Source: Octopus sinensis (Eukaryota). Taken from it: a stretch of 55,628 bases of DNA. Numbering within the stretch: position 1 is the first letter of the stretch; each line of letters starts with the position of its first letter. The notes below the pieces were generated by a model, which saw only the letters and a list, made by a program, of their open reading frames with translations, searched no databases and was not told where the DNA came from. The position numbers and the translations under genes are program-made. This document shows, in pieces, positions 13,271 through 25,689 of this stretch. The stretch lies in the NCBI RefSeq assembly GCF_006345805.1, contig NW_021833699.1:1-55628 (forward strand), given 5' to 3'.

Positions 13271-13547
13271 TTAAAAGATATACATACATGCATGCATACA
13301 TACATACTTATATACATACACACACACATATATTATTTTAAAGGCGATGCTCCAGCATGGCCAGGGTCCAATAGCTTAAGCAATTAAAAGACGAAAAGAT
13401 TATACATATAGGCCCATTCATACGCAGAATACCACGTTCAATTTGGTTGAGAATTGAAATAGTGATGAAACCTAGAAGTGCTCAGCCTTAAGAATATATT
13501 CACCAAATGGTGTGGGTGAATGATATGTATGAGTGTGTGTCTGTGTG

Positions 13548-13589
<42 letters not shown>

Positions 13590-14089
13590 CAAATTTGTAT
13601 GTGTTGTATGTGATGGTGTGAGTGTTTTATATTGTATTTGGTTGAATATTTCGATTCATAATTACATTTTTGTTTGCTGTTGCTTCGAAAAAATATGAAT
13701 GACAGCCATGCTGGATCATAATTTTATTCCCTTATGTGCTGTGTTTAGTGTTTATATTTATCATGATTAAGCGTGTCACTGGGTGATAAACACACACACA
13801 CACCACAACCTTCAGAAGCAGACATACATTGCTAAATATGAATCATTTATTTACTTCAGTCATCTGATCTTAATTTTCGACTGCTTTCATACGTCACATC
13901 GCCAGTGAGTAAAATGCAGCCTTAAGCTTCATGTCAGCATTTAGATGCCATCAGTGGAATATCATGATGCCATAGTTAAAGCAAGGTCATATCACATGGA
14001 TTTCTCTACAAACTGTCCTCTTCACAGATTTGCAAGGCTAGAACCGCTGTAAAACTTATGTTTGCTGAAATAGAAGCAAACACAGGGAC

Positions 14090-14141
14090 AACCAAAGCCT
14101 TCTGTGTGGATTTGGTTGACAGAAATTGAAAGAAACCCATC

Positions 14142-14221
<80 letters not shown>

Positions 14222-14469
14222 GTGCGTGTGTGTGTGTGTGTGTGTATATGTGTGTGTCTGTGTCTATATTTCTTCCCACATACCACTTGGCAATCGGCGT
14301 TGGTGTGTTTACGTCCTCGTTATTTAGCGATTCGGCAAAATTGACCGATTGAATAAGTACTAGACTCTAAAAAAAAGTTCTGAGGTCGATGTCTTTGGTT
14401 AAAACTCTCCAAGACGGTGCTCCAGCATGGTCGCAGTCAAATGACTGAAACAAGTGAAAGAATAAAAGA
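14090..14469 (+). mobile_element. SINE family B, 5'-truncated, internal (TA)/(TG) microsatellite
   Basis: ACCAAAGCCTT...GAAAGAAACCCATCG-(TG)n-...GGTGCTCCAGCATGGTCGCAGTCAAATGACTGAAACAAG; matches 41709-42142. Confidence 0.85.
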
Positions 14470-14508
14470 ATATACACACATGCAAAGACATACACACACA
14501 CACATAAA

Positions 14509-14549
<41 letters not shown>

Positions 14550-15430
14550 CACCCTCATACACTCAGATATAGGAGGAAGGGCAAAACTGCTAACTGGCGC
14601 AAATAAGTAATTTCTGATTTTTCATTATTTCTCCCTACCTGTTTGAAATTGAAAGTCTTGCATCATCCTGTTATACTATTGCATCTTCTTTTGGAGTAAA
14701 AGTTGGTCAGTATTGTTGTTGTTGTTGTTGTTGTTGAGAGAGTTTCAAACATAGTCAGGTGACAGGTCCTATTCTTTCAAGAAAATTTTCCTCAACTTCG
14801 ACCTGATAATAATTGAGGTTGCTAATAAACTACCTGTATAATTTTTAGTGTTTTAACAATCAATATTCTTGTCTCTGGTGGATTTGAAGTCAATTTGTTT
14901 GCCGCACTAGTGTCTAATGTGATAATTTTCAATTTTCAAAAGATGATATTTAAAATGGGGTAAAATGGGTCATGACGAATTACAATAATTACTTCTCTTT
15001 ATCTTCATGGTGCATAAATATATCGGGAAGAGAGCCACTACAGTAGATTGTGAAGAAGCAACAGAGAATATTTGATGTTGAGTGTTTAGATTGAATCAAG
15101 TTTCGTTATTTTCATATTATATGCCTTTTCCCCATGATCCTCCTTCAATTTGACCTAGTTATTTGAAATTGTTATTGAATTTCTAATCTTAAGATTGATA
15201 TTGATGTGTATGAATCTGTTTTAAAATGTAATTCTGGAGAAATAAAGAAGCTGATTTACCTTATCTTGTATTCATTTTGCCTCGGCTCAATTTGCCTTTT
15301 ATAAACTCAAAGAGAACGGAGGTAATTTTCCAAAATAGTTTTTTACATTATTTTTAATGCATTTAGAGAATCATTTGCTTAGCTGATATAGTTTTTGTAA
15401 GTTTGCATGTATATACATACATATACATAT

Positions 15431-15469
<39 letters not shown>

Positions 15470-15494
15470 ACACACATATATATATATATATATA

Positions 15495-15640
15495 CCGGAG
15501 TAAACACATAAATGTGAAACAAGGTGGAAAAAAGAGTACTCAAATACCAGTGGTAGAGTAATATGCTTTATTCAAAAGCAGCAGAAAATTCAACAAAACC
15601 TGTTACTCTGAGTTTCACGTTCTCGTTCGTCGGACAGTTT
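15495..15640 (-). mobile_element. Penelope-like terminal-repeat fragment in (TA)n
   Basis: Minus strand has a hammerhead-like fold followed by AATAAA (15567-15572), embedded in TA repeats; minimal hammerheads are an established feature of Penelope-like LTRs. Confidence 0.55.
15600..15637 (-). ncRNA. putative minimal type-I hammerhead ribozyme (variant core)
   Basis: Minus strand CUGU-CCGACGA-ACG(AGAA)CGU-GAAAC-UCAGA-GUA-ACAG: stem I CUGU/ACAG, stem II ACG/CGU, GAAA, minimal stem III, GUA triplet; core is CCGACGA rather than CUGANGA. Confidence 0.5.
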
Positions 15641-15734
15641 ATATATATATATATATATATCTATATATATATATATATATATATACATGTGGTGTGTGTA
15701 TGTTTGTGTGTGTATATTGTATATATGTTTGTGT

Positions 15735-15908
15735 GTCTGTGTGTCACGCTCCACCACTTGACAACAAGTGTTGGTGTGTTTACGTTCCCGTATCCTAGTG
15801 GTCCAGCATAAGAGAGCGATAGAATAAGCACTGGGGTCGATCCGATCGACAAAAAGCTTTCAAGGTGGTATCCGCAGTCTAATGAAATAAGTAAAAAGAA
15901 TAAAAGAA
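15735..15908 (+). mobile_element. SINE family B 3' half, old
   Basis: CTTGACAACAAGTGTTGGTGTGTTTACGTTCCCG...GATAGAATAAGCACTGGGGTCGAT...CGCAGTCTAATGAA. Confidence 0.7.
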
Positions 15909-16189
15909 CAATGGGTCGGAATAATAACATACACTGTACTAATATAGACAAATGTTGTAACGCATGTGCAATTAAAGCCCCTGGCAAAACTGGCAATTTA
16001 AGCAATACTAAGGCAGGAACCAAAAATACGAGCGACCCCCTATGAAGTGATATTAATATAGACAAGTACTATAACAACATTGCAGATAAACCTCTTTAAA
16101 AACGGGTAGCGTTCATTAAAAAAAAACAGGTAGTTTTCCAATAGTAGAAATGACCCCCACAAAAGAATGAGTGAATCGAAGACTATGCG

Positions 16190-16390
16190 CTAGTCGACAG
16201 GCAAATGGATATTAATCCTCCCGCAAATTTTTTTGCAGCTTTGGATAAGCATTTACCTAAATCAAACACGGTTGGATCTTCAATCGGCACACGATTAAAT
16301 TGGCATTTTCCACTAATAAAAGTCTTAACCCAAAATATTGCGGTGCATAATACTAGGAGGAGAGCTGAATTCTATAACAATAAAAACCCT
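16190..16390 (+). mobile_element. possible Penelope-like ORF remnant
   Basis: INPPANFFAALDKHLPKSN resembles the FNPP...IDKHFPK segment after Penelope RT; short and degenerate. Confidence 0.35.
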
Positions 16391-16424
16391 AATAAATATA
16401 TAATAGAAATAATAATTACAGTAA

Positions 16425-16838
16425 TGATTTCAAATTTTGGTACAAGGCCAGCAAATTCGGGGGAAGTGTAAGTCGATTATATCGACTCCAGTGTTCAAAT
16501 GGTACTTATTTCATCGATCTCGAAAAGATAAAAAGAAAAGTTGACCTCGGCGGAATTCGAGTTCAGAACACGATGACAGACGAAATACAGCTAAGATTTC
16601 ACTCTGCGTGTTAACGATTCTGCCAGCTCGCCGCCTGACGATAGTGATAATAATCCTTTCTGTTAAAGGTATAAAGCCCCAAGTTTTGGCGGGAGGGGGA
16701 CTAGTAGATTGCATCGACCTTAATATTTCACTGGTACTTAATTTATCGACCCCGAAAAGATGAAAGGCAAAATCGACCGCGGCGGAATTTCAAATTAGAA
16801 CGTAGCGACGGGCGAAATACCACTAAACATTTCGTCCA
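16425..16838 (-). mobile_element. two tandem SINE-A copies (16425-16635; 16652-16838)
   Basis: Both contain the TTTATCGACCCCGAAAAG...GGCGGAATTT core; the first has a complete head and the A2 tail. Confidence 0.82.
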
Positions 16839-16843
16839 CAAAT

Positions 16844-16845
<2 letters not shown>

Positions 16846-16933
<88 letters not shown>
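16846..16933. repeat. (GATA)n microsatellite
   Basis: Direct reading. Confidence 0.95.
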
Positions 16934-16934
<1 letters not shown>

Positions 16935-18437
16935 TACATACATTGAAGATATGAAAATTTGCGTATTAGAAGCGTTAACAGTTGGAATATGTTTCATAGA
17001 TTTAAACCTGTAACAAGGCTATTCACAGCAGTTTGTCCGAGAGAAATATATTACAAAAGGATGTAAACACACTTTAGTCAGTTCAGAGTGTCCTCTAGCG
17101 GAGTGATGGATGCATGCATTTCGAAATAGTTATCTTCCCATCAGTATCAAATACCAAAGAGAGGCAACTCCGAACTCCATCAACCCTAATGAAAATTTGC
17201 ATTTTTTTCTGTTCCTTAGTTATGATTAGAATAATCTGCTTATATTTCTTACTTTTAATTTGTGTCAAATTAATAAAATTAATAACGGCGAAATAAATTA
17301 ATAAATATTAAAAAAATCAATTTATATTTGATGTATTCATGCTGGTCGCTGATTTATAAAAAAAATCGAGTGTTTTTAATGTATCATTTTACTTTCATGA
17401 TTAAAGTTATAATATCTCGGTAATTATACAATGGAAGAGTCGAGGGAGGCACCGTTGACGGGTGTGTTTAAGGCCTCGTTCACCTTAATCTACCCGTGTA
17501 TAGGGGCTTCCAATCTCATCCGGACTTTCTGTGCAATAGATCGTGCAATTTCTAAATCGCTCCATTTCGCATATATAACAACAATGACTCCATGTGTTCT
17601 TTTATTTATATATATATATATAAATATATAATATACATTTCTTATGTTAAGCATTTTATGGGAGATCTGAAATAAATAAATAAACATTTAATTAGTTTGA
17701 AGAGAGTAATATACCGATAATTCAATGTCCTCAAATTCCTCTTGAACCCTGTACACACATACACACACACACACACATCTGGAGAAAGAGAGAGAGAGAG
17801 AGAGAAGAAAGAGAGAGAGAGAGAGGGAAAGAGAGTGGAGTAAAAGGGGTTGATGCACAAAGCTTATAATATTCTGCTTATGTCTCGGTGTCTTCTCCTG
17901 CGTCTGCCAATTATTATTTATTATATTCGTTATTTGTAGAGAAAAAAAATCTCTAACCATAATCTTTGATTTCATGTACTTTGTCTCTTACACAGGCAAA
18001 TATACTCACTGACATGCACAGACACTTATACACCAGAAACAGACAGAAACCATCAATTTTATACCTGATTACATCTATATATATCTCGATTACATCATGT
18101 CTGACAACTGTTTTGTGTATGTAATATAAGTGCAGCCATATTAACACATTTTACTTACACTTTTATGTCTTTGATCTGTTTAACCAGCTCGTCTGGCAGT
18201 CACATGCTTATTGGTTCGGTCTGTTTCATTGCGAGACACCTTATACAAGTACGTCTTGTCGTGGCTTTAATTGAGTGCAAACCTTGTCAGAGAAATTAGG
18301 GAGGCAGAAATTGAATAAAATCTTCGCCAATGAAGTATATTTCTTATTAGGTGCTAGAACTATAGAGCCATTACCTGCTGCTTGATTGTACGCCTCATTT
18401 GACCCGCGAGCGACAGTTGTTGAAAATATGTCCTTTT

Positions 18438-18615
18438 TTCGTTTTACTTGTTTCGGTTGACTGCGGTCATGCTGGAGCACCGCTTTGAAGGGGTTTTGCC
18501 GAAGAAATCGACCCCAGAACTTCTTTTAAAAGTCTAATACTTATTCTATCGGTGTATTTTGCCGGACCACTAAGTTACAGGGACGTAAACACACCAAGCA
18601 CCGGTAGTCAAGCGG
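18438..18615 (-). mobile_element. SINE family B 3' part, interrupted by SINE-A
   Basis: TTTTACTTGTTTC...CATGCTGGAGCACCGC...GACGTAAACACACCA; B-like sequence resumes after 18857. Confidence 0.8.
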
Positions 18616-18620
18616 TATAT

Positions 18621-18853
18621 GGTGGCGAGCTGGCAGAGTCGTTAGCACGCCGGGCGAAATGCTTAGCGGTATTTCGTCTGTCGTTACGTTCTGAGTTCAA
18701 ATTACGCCGAGGTCGACTTTGCCTTTCATCCTTTCGGGGTCGATAAATTAAGTACCAGTTACGCACTGGGGTCGATGTAATCGACTTAATCCGTTTGTCT
18801 GTCCTTGTTTGTCCTCTCTGTGTTTAGCCCCTTGTGGGTAATAAAGAAATAGG
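18621..18853 (+). mobile_element. SINE family A, full length
   Basis: Complete head, core and tail ending GCCCCTTGTGGGTAATAAAGAAATAGG; short duplication GGTATA on both sides. Confidence 0.93.
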
Positions 18854-18914
18854 TATAGGGGGAAAACATAGACACAAAGTCACACACATACAAATATACA
18901 TATACATCATCATT

Positions 18915-19022
18915 ATTGTTTATTTTTATAAGCTCTGTGTGCCTTGGGTATGTGCTTTTTTTTGGTGTGATGCTCTTATGGTTGCTGTATTGATAGTATT
19001 TTACGTAGGATGTGTGCGGTAT
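18915..19022 (-). mobile_element. R4/Dong-like LINE extreme 3' fragment
   Basis: Reverse complement matches 44812-44940 (GCACACATCCTACG...GCACATACCCAAGGCACACAGAGC). Confidence 0.75.
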
Positions 19023-19023
19023 C

Positions 19024-19067
<44 letters not shown>

Positions 19068-19432
19068 GAGTGAGCGAACAGAGCATGCCATCAAAGTGAC
19101 ACTGGGGTAAAATATACGAAGCCCAGTATACCCATCATGACTACCCGTCTGATAAGGGTACACCAGGCACATGCATTACAACCATATGTGCGCGACATGG
19201 TGATCTCATATCAAGATAAACAGCACATGACCTTGCAGGTGGAGCCCAGTTAGAATTTTCTTCAGATCGAGTAACCCATCCCGCTCAAAAGGTCCCTGAA
19301 TAAGGGTTGTTTAAGGACGTTGAACGAAACACCCATGTTTCCAGAGGTGAATTATTCAAACCCCAAAGAATCCTTCTCAACACATGGCTATGATGCTCCC
19401 CCACTACTTCTGCTCGTGATCAGAGATGCACA

Positions 19433-19434
<2 letters not shown>
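19068..19434 (-). mobile_element. non-coding retro-element, 5'-truncated, inside an (ATT)n array
   Basis: Reverse complement of ~45292-45659; both ends abut (ATT)n (19025-19067 and 19433-19515). Confidence 0.88.
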
Positions 19435-19496
<62 letters not shown>

Positions 19497-19551
19497 ATTA
19501 TTATTATTATTATTATGTGGCAAATAATGAAATCATTATTATCCTTATTAT

Positions 19552-19762
19552 GGCGGCAAACTGGCAGAACTGCTTGCACCCCGAGCAAAATGCTTAGCGC
19601 CATTTCGCTCGTCTTCAAGTTTTCAGTTCAAATTACGCCGCGGTCGAACTATGCCTTTCATCTTTTCGAGATCGATAAAACAAGTACTGGCTGAAGAAGA
19701 CTAGATGTAATCGACTTAGCCCCTTCTCCGAAGTTGCTGGCCTTGTGCCAAACTTTGAAACC
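19552..19762 (+). mobile_element. SINE family A2, diverged
   Basis: GGCGGCAAACTGGCAGAA...GCCTTTCATCTTTTCGAGATCGATAAAA...GGCCTTGTGCCAAACTTTGAAACC. Confidence 0.8.
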
Positions 19763-20057
19763 ATTATTATTATGACTATTATATAGAATAGTATATGGTA
19801 CGCGTGAACGCCTGTCATTTTACATTTCTCCAAACACTTACTCGCACTCCATTCCATTGTATGAAGGCTACAACGATTCCAGTATTGGTTTCTTCCATTG
19901 GCACAGAGGGAGGAATAGAGTCGATTATATGGATTCCCAGTACATGATTCTTCCAATATTTCCATTTTAACTGCTACGTTTAGTCTTTGTATTTGGCACA
20001 ACGTGGAATTGGCAGACATTTGCCAAACTGTTACCCATGATGTCATTGCTCTACAAC

Positions 20058-20114
20058 AGTAGTAGTAGTAATAGTAGTAGCGGTAGTAGTAGTAGTAGAA
20101 GCAGCAGCAGCAAC

Positions 20115-20154
<40 letters not shown>

Positions 20155-20364
20155 ACAGCCGTAGTAGCAACCGTAGTAGCAACCGTTGTAGCGGTAGTAG
20201 TGATAGTAGTTGTAGTAGCAGTAAGCAGTAGTAGTATTGGTGGTGACAGTATTGGTTGTGGATAATGATGGCGTTGGTGTTAGTAGTGGTGGTCATGGTA
20301 TGATGATGAGAATGCTGGTAATAAGGCTAATGATAATTGTGATGTTGTTGTTGTAGAAGTAGTA

Positions 20365-20400
<36 letters not shown>

Positions 20401-20922
20401 TAGTAGTAGTAGTAGTAGTAGCATCAGCAGCAGTACTAGTAGTGGTGATTATGGTGATGGTGGCGGTTGTGGTAGTGGTGATGTGCCGATGTTGGTGGTG
20501 GACGTGGCAGTAATATTGGTTGCCCTGGTTATAGGACATGGAGGGTATCGTAGTAGCGGTAGTAGTATACTGATGGTGGTGGCGGTGGTGGCGGTGGTGG
20601 CAACGGTGGAAACGGTGGTGGTACTGTTGATCATGGTATATATCTATACTGCGTATACTCGTAGGTATTACACTAGTGAAATAAGCTGGGAGTTAACCCC
20701 AGCTCACTGAACCCTCCCTTCCTCACCACCCCTCCCTTTTACCTGACATCCGCCATTTTCGCTCTCATTCGGACCTCTCTTTCTCACTCTCCCACTCACT
20801 TACTCACTTACTCACTCACTCACTCACTCACTCACTCACTCACTCACTCACTCATCACTCACTCACTCACTCACGCACTCACTCACTCACTCACTCACTC
20901 ACACACTCACTCACTCACTCAC

Positions 20923-20962
<40 letters not shown>

Positions 20963-21460
20963 CGTCTCCACGGTCTGATCACATCAATGTCATCTCACAA
21001 CTTGACATTTTTACAAGCTTAGTTTGACGCATGACAATACAATCACATGACAGCTTGTATGTATGTATGTATGTATGTATGTATGTATGTATGTATGTAT
21101 GTATGCATGCATGCATGTATGTATGTATGTATGTATGATGTATGTATGTATGTATGTATGTATGAAGATGTGTATGTATACATGTATATGTATGCACGTG
21201 TGTATATATACACACGCATACACGTAATATATATTTACACACATATGTTTGTGTATATATTTATATATCTGTAAACACACACACACACACACATATATAT
21301 ATACATGTCCGTGTATGCATATACGTATGTTTAAATCTGTATGTGTATTTATATGCATATAATATACATACATGCATATATATAAAGATATATATATACA
21401 TAAATATGTGTGTCTGTATATATATATAAGTATATAAATATATATATATATATGTGTGTG

Positions 21461-21502
<42 letters not shown>

Positions 21503-21600
21503 CTTATATATATATATATATATATATATAGATATATATATATATATACATACATACATATACACACTCCAACACACACACACACATACATATATATTAT
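20058..21600. repeat. compound microsatellite field: (AGT)n, (GGT)n, (ACTC)n, (CT)n, (TATG)n, (TA)n
   Basis: Direct reading; short unique island at ~20640-20790. Confidence 0.9.
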
Positions 21601-21808
21601 GGTGTACCTGTCGTGGGTTAGTGGAGCGTTGTCGACGGTAGTTGGTTAGTGGGGGAGTTTGGTTGTAGTTGTTGTTTATGGAGGAGGAGGGGAGGAGGAA
21701 AAGAAGGAGAGGGAGAGGAGAGAAAAGTGAACAAAGCACGGACTGATGGATGATTAGATAATAAACCTGAACAACGAAACATGGAGTAAGAGGGGAAGAG
21801 AGATATGT

Positions 21809-21845
<37 letters not shown>

Positions 21846-22709
21846 AGAGAGAAGACGAGACCTTTGGTTGGTTAAACTAAAAGATCGAGAATGACTAACA
21901 TTCACAGCTTCAAGTAACAAGTGCCTGAAATGGATATATACATATATACACATACATACGTATGTATGTATGTATATATGTATGTGTATATATGTACGTT
22001 TATGTATATATATATTTACTCTTGTAGTATGAACATTCACATATGCATATACACTTAAATGTAGTGTGTGTTGCATTTTATGAACTTTGTAAACACACGC
22101 ACACGCGCACAGACACGCATATACACACATATACACATTTTTAAAGCTGTTTCTACGACTTCATATTTCACAGCGAAGTGTTTATCCCGCAGCTCATCAA
22201 CGAAGAATATTTGAATGTTAACGGAATTATCCTTGGCCCAGCGCCGCGAAACAGTTTATTGAGATCTCTGGCTGGGTCCTATATGATTACATCCAGTAAA
22301 GAAAAGAATTTATATTTCACTCTTGTAATTTGACAAGTAAGAATTTATTTGCTTTACGGCATTTTGACATTATCTCTGTCCTTTTGTTTAAAATATTGGT
22401 TTACTTAGTTATTATATGATGCTTCATTGCAGAGTACACTGGAATGTGTGTCGTATTCAATGAATGAATAACATAAAGATAGAATGATCTGCCCCAGTTT
22501 CACGACAGACTATTTAATCTTTCTTTATATATACGTCATTATAATCGTACGGGAGAATGACTCATTCCAAGAAAATACAACCCCTCTTGCCCCGCTATTC
22601 GTCACCATAATACTCTTATTTTTAGCAACATCCAATAGATCCCAACATCTTTCAACAACTATAAGCCTTTGTAAAGTTGATGTGAGTCTCCTAGTGGAGT
22701 ATATATCCG

Positions 22710-22960
22710 TTGCTTTTCTTTCCTTTTTCCGACAACATGGTCTTGTACAGAATAGGCAACGTGAATGTATGTGGCCTGGGGCCACCTTGGAAGCGGGGTC
22801 ACCTGCTCAGTAACCTTAAGGTAGTGAATGTCGACGTGATAGCCATTAGTGAAACCAGAATTTTCGACCCGTTTTCGGTGACTATGAGGTGTACGCATCT
22901 CCAAGTCGTTCGGAAGCGGAAGGTAAAGTCACCGTGATGCTTCAGAAAAATCTGGATCTT
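22710..22960 (+). mobile_element. L1/Tx1-like ORF2 N-terminal (APE endonuclease) fragment
   Basis: MVLYRIGNVNVCGL...VDVIAISETR; diverged direct copy of 23821-24071. Confidence 0.85.
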
Positions 22961-23576
22961 GCTATAATCCTACACCTAGGATTGTGTTCCAATTCCGCAT
23001 ATAGACGTTCAAGACCGTACCCCCAAAACATCAACCCAATTGACTGGCGTGAAGTTGCTAACTAACATACTCCAACCTTTTGTTCACAGACATGCTGTCT
23101 TCTTATCGTGTTTCTTACCCTAAGAGTCGTTTGGTTTCAGGCCACTTCCACCCAAACCCATTCGAATCAATCGTCACTTTTCTCATCCAGCTTTCACATA
23201 AGTCTTCTTACTCCTGTTTCTCCATCCTTCGGCCTTTTGAAATTCTTCTTTACCTCGTTTTCTTCCTGCGAGCGTCATCTTGCAATGGATGAAGAGCAAC
23301 TATTATTTCCAGCTCGGAGACCTGAAACACGGAAAGGTAACACCTCTTTATCGAGATCAAACCATAAAGAAATAACAAAACAATAACTGGCACTCCGTTG
23401 GTTTCGACGACGAGTGTTCCAGATGACCCGCTGTGAAATTAACGTGCAAATATTTAACTTGGATTCGTCATCAAAAAGCAGAGTTTTCTTTGTATACACC
23501 AGTATCTTCGTTATCGTTGCTTTTGATGGTGATTTGGGAAAAAGATAAGATTTGTAAAATGAGAGCTGAAGAAGCA

Positions 23577-23622
<46 letters not shown>

Positions 23623-23789
23623 TATTATTATTATTCATTCTTTCATTCTTTCATTCATTCTTTCATTCTTTCATTCATTCAAACAACACACAACTCATAC
23701 ACACACTTTTTAAGAGAATATCACCAAGAAAATTGTTGGTGATTTACTGTTGGAAAGAACCGAGGCCAAAATGAGGGACGGGCAATTCG

Positions 23790-25688
23790 TCCCTCCAAAC
23801 AAAACCATGTAAGTTTCCCTTTGCTTTTCTTTCCTTTTTCCAACAACATGGTCTTGTACAGAATAGGTAGCGTGAATGTATGTGGCCTGGGGCCACCTTG
23901 GAAGCGGGATCACCTGCTCAATGACCTTAGAGTACTGAATGTCGACGTGATAGCCATTAGTGAAATCAGAATTTCCGACCCATTTTCGGTGACTATGAGG
24001 TGTATGCATCTCCAAGTCGTCCGGAAACAGAAGGTGGAGTCGCCGTGATGCTTCGGAAAAATCTGGATCTTCCAATAAGGACAAACTCCCTGGATCCGGA
24101 AGGCAAGTCGGTGGAGCTGGACGTGATAGGCAGCGAAGGACATACTTTCAGGTTGGTTACAGTTTATGCCCCGACAGGAGCAGGACGACCCGATTTCTTC
24201 AGACGTTTGGAAATCTTCCTGTGAATGTCCCGCTCTTTAGTGCTAGTGGAAGATAGGAATGGAGTTTTAGATGTAAGTAGGGACTGTGTAGGTTTAGCAG
24301 ATAAGAGAGAAGGTAGGGGAGCACAGACATGTGCCATCCCGAAAATATCCATCCACAACAACCTCTACCTCATTCGATACATCAATGAAAACGTGGCTAA
24401 TGAAACATCTGACACAGATGGAGCCCTGACCAATTTAGCTCAGACTAAAGCTTTTGATAGAGTCGACTATCTATACCTGGCAACGGTCCTAAAGGCAACT
24501 GATATATGGCCTGTATTTAGGGGCTGGATCGCTGCAATACACAGCGACATCTGTTCATTGGTCAGAGTGAACGGCTACCTCTCAGAGTCGTTTACCTCAT
24601 GCGCTCGGGCCGGCGAGAGTGTCTCCTTTCGTCTGTCTTGTATGTACTGACTCTCGAGTCACTAATACACAAACTGGAGGCGTTGAGAGGCATCCACGTG
24701 ACCTAGAATATGGGAGACGCGTGTCGGCATATGCCGATGACGTCACTGTAGTGGCGTACGATCATATACACATAGAAATGATCGGCACCGTTCTCAGGAA
24801 CTACGAGGCAGTTTCAGGAGCGACGATTAACCACTAAAAACCAGCGTACTTGCGACTCCGCACCTGGAGAAGCAAGTCCATGCCGTCCAAATGCGTCGTT
24901 GGACGCTTGACGGACCGGTTAAATTGCTCGGGTTTTGGTTCGGTCCAGACCTCCAGATGGACAAAAAAATGAGACGAGCAGGTTGACTACTCTCACCCAG
25001 AAATGGGCCAAGAGGAAGTTATCCCTGAAAGGTCGGGTAGAGATGGATAACGTGTATATCGCGTCCATCTATTATCACTTGACCGTCGCGCCTTATCCTG
25101 GCCAACGTCTGATTACGCTGGAACGTACACTCATCCGCTTCTTATGGAAAGGACGCGTCAGGTGCTATCAACATTCGCTGAGTGGTGGCCTGGGCATGCC
25201 GTGGTTGAATGATGCGCAGAAATGCGCTGAAGCTATGACATCTCCAGTGCTTCCTTGACGGTGAACGAGTGTGGTCGCTGCTCGCCAGACACTTATTTCC
25301 ACAGATAGTGGTTACTTTAACGGATCTGCAGGCATTTGGAAAGTGGAATGTCTTCTAGTGCCCACAGCCCTCGGATAATCGGACACTGCGATAGATGGAA
25401 CGTCCACTTTAGCTTTTTACAGAGAAAGAGGAAAAGTGCGACAACGTCCTTGGAGAAACCTTGGGATTCGAAGAAGATCAACTAGCTGCTCTTTTCCGGA
25501 GGACGTTCGGCTCAAGACCGATGGATAACTTCCAAAAATTTCTGGCCTGGCCGTACCACCGGCGAACTTTGGCTGTTCGCGATAAACTTTACAGGCACGG
25601 AAATGCAGTCAGCTGAGTATGAACGAGATGCGACAGGACGACGAGACGGTCTTGCAGGCATTCGTCCAGTGCCCGAACATTGCTTGCT
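23790..25688 (+). mobile_element. L1/Tx1-clade LINE ORF2 pseudogene, internally deleted
   Basis: APE motifs (SVNVCGL, DVIAISE, GGVAVML, RLVTVYAP), RT motifs (QTKAFDRVD, VRVNG, SAYADDVTV), LSLKGRV, GGLGMP and C-terminal DETVLQAFVQCP; many stops and frameshifts; EN-RT linker largely missing. Confidence 0.9.
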
Positions 25689-25689
25689 G

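Noticed and set aside
14560-15400. Penelope-like ORF remnant on the minus strand (LPPFSLS)
   Set aside because: Single weak motif; the rest is unreadable.
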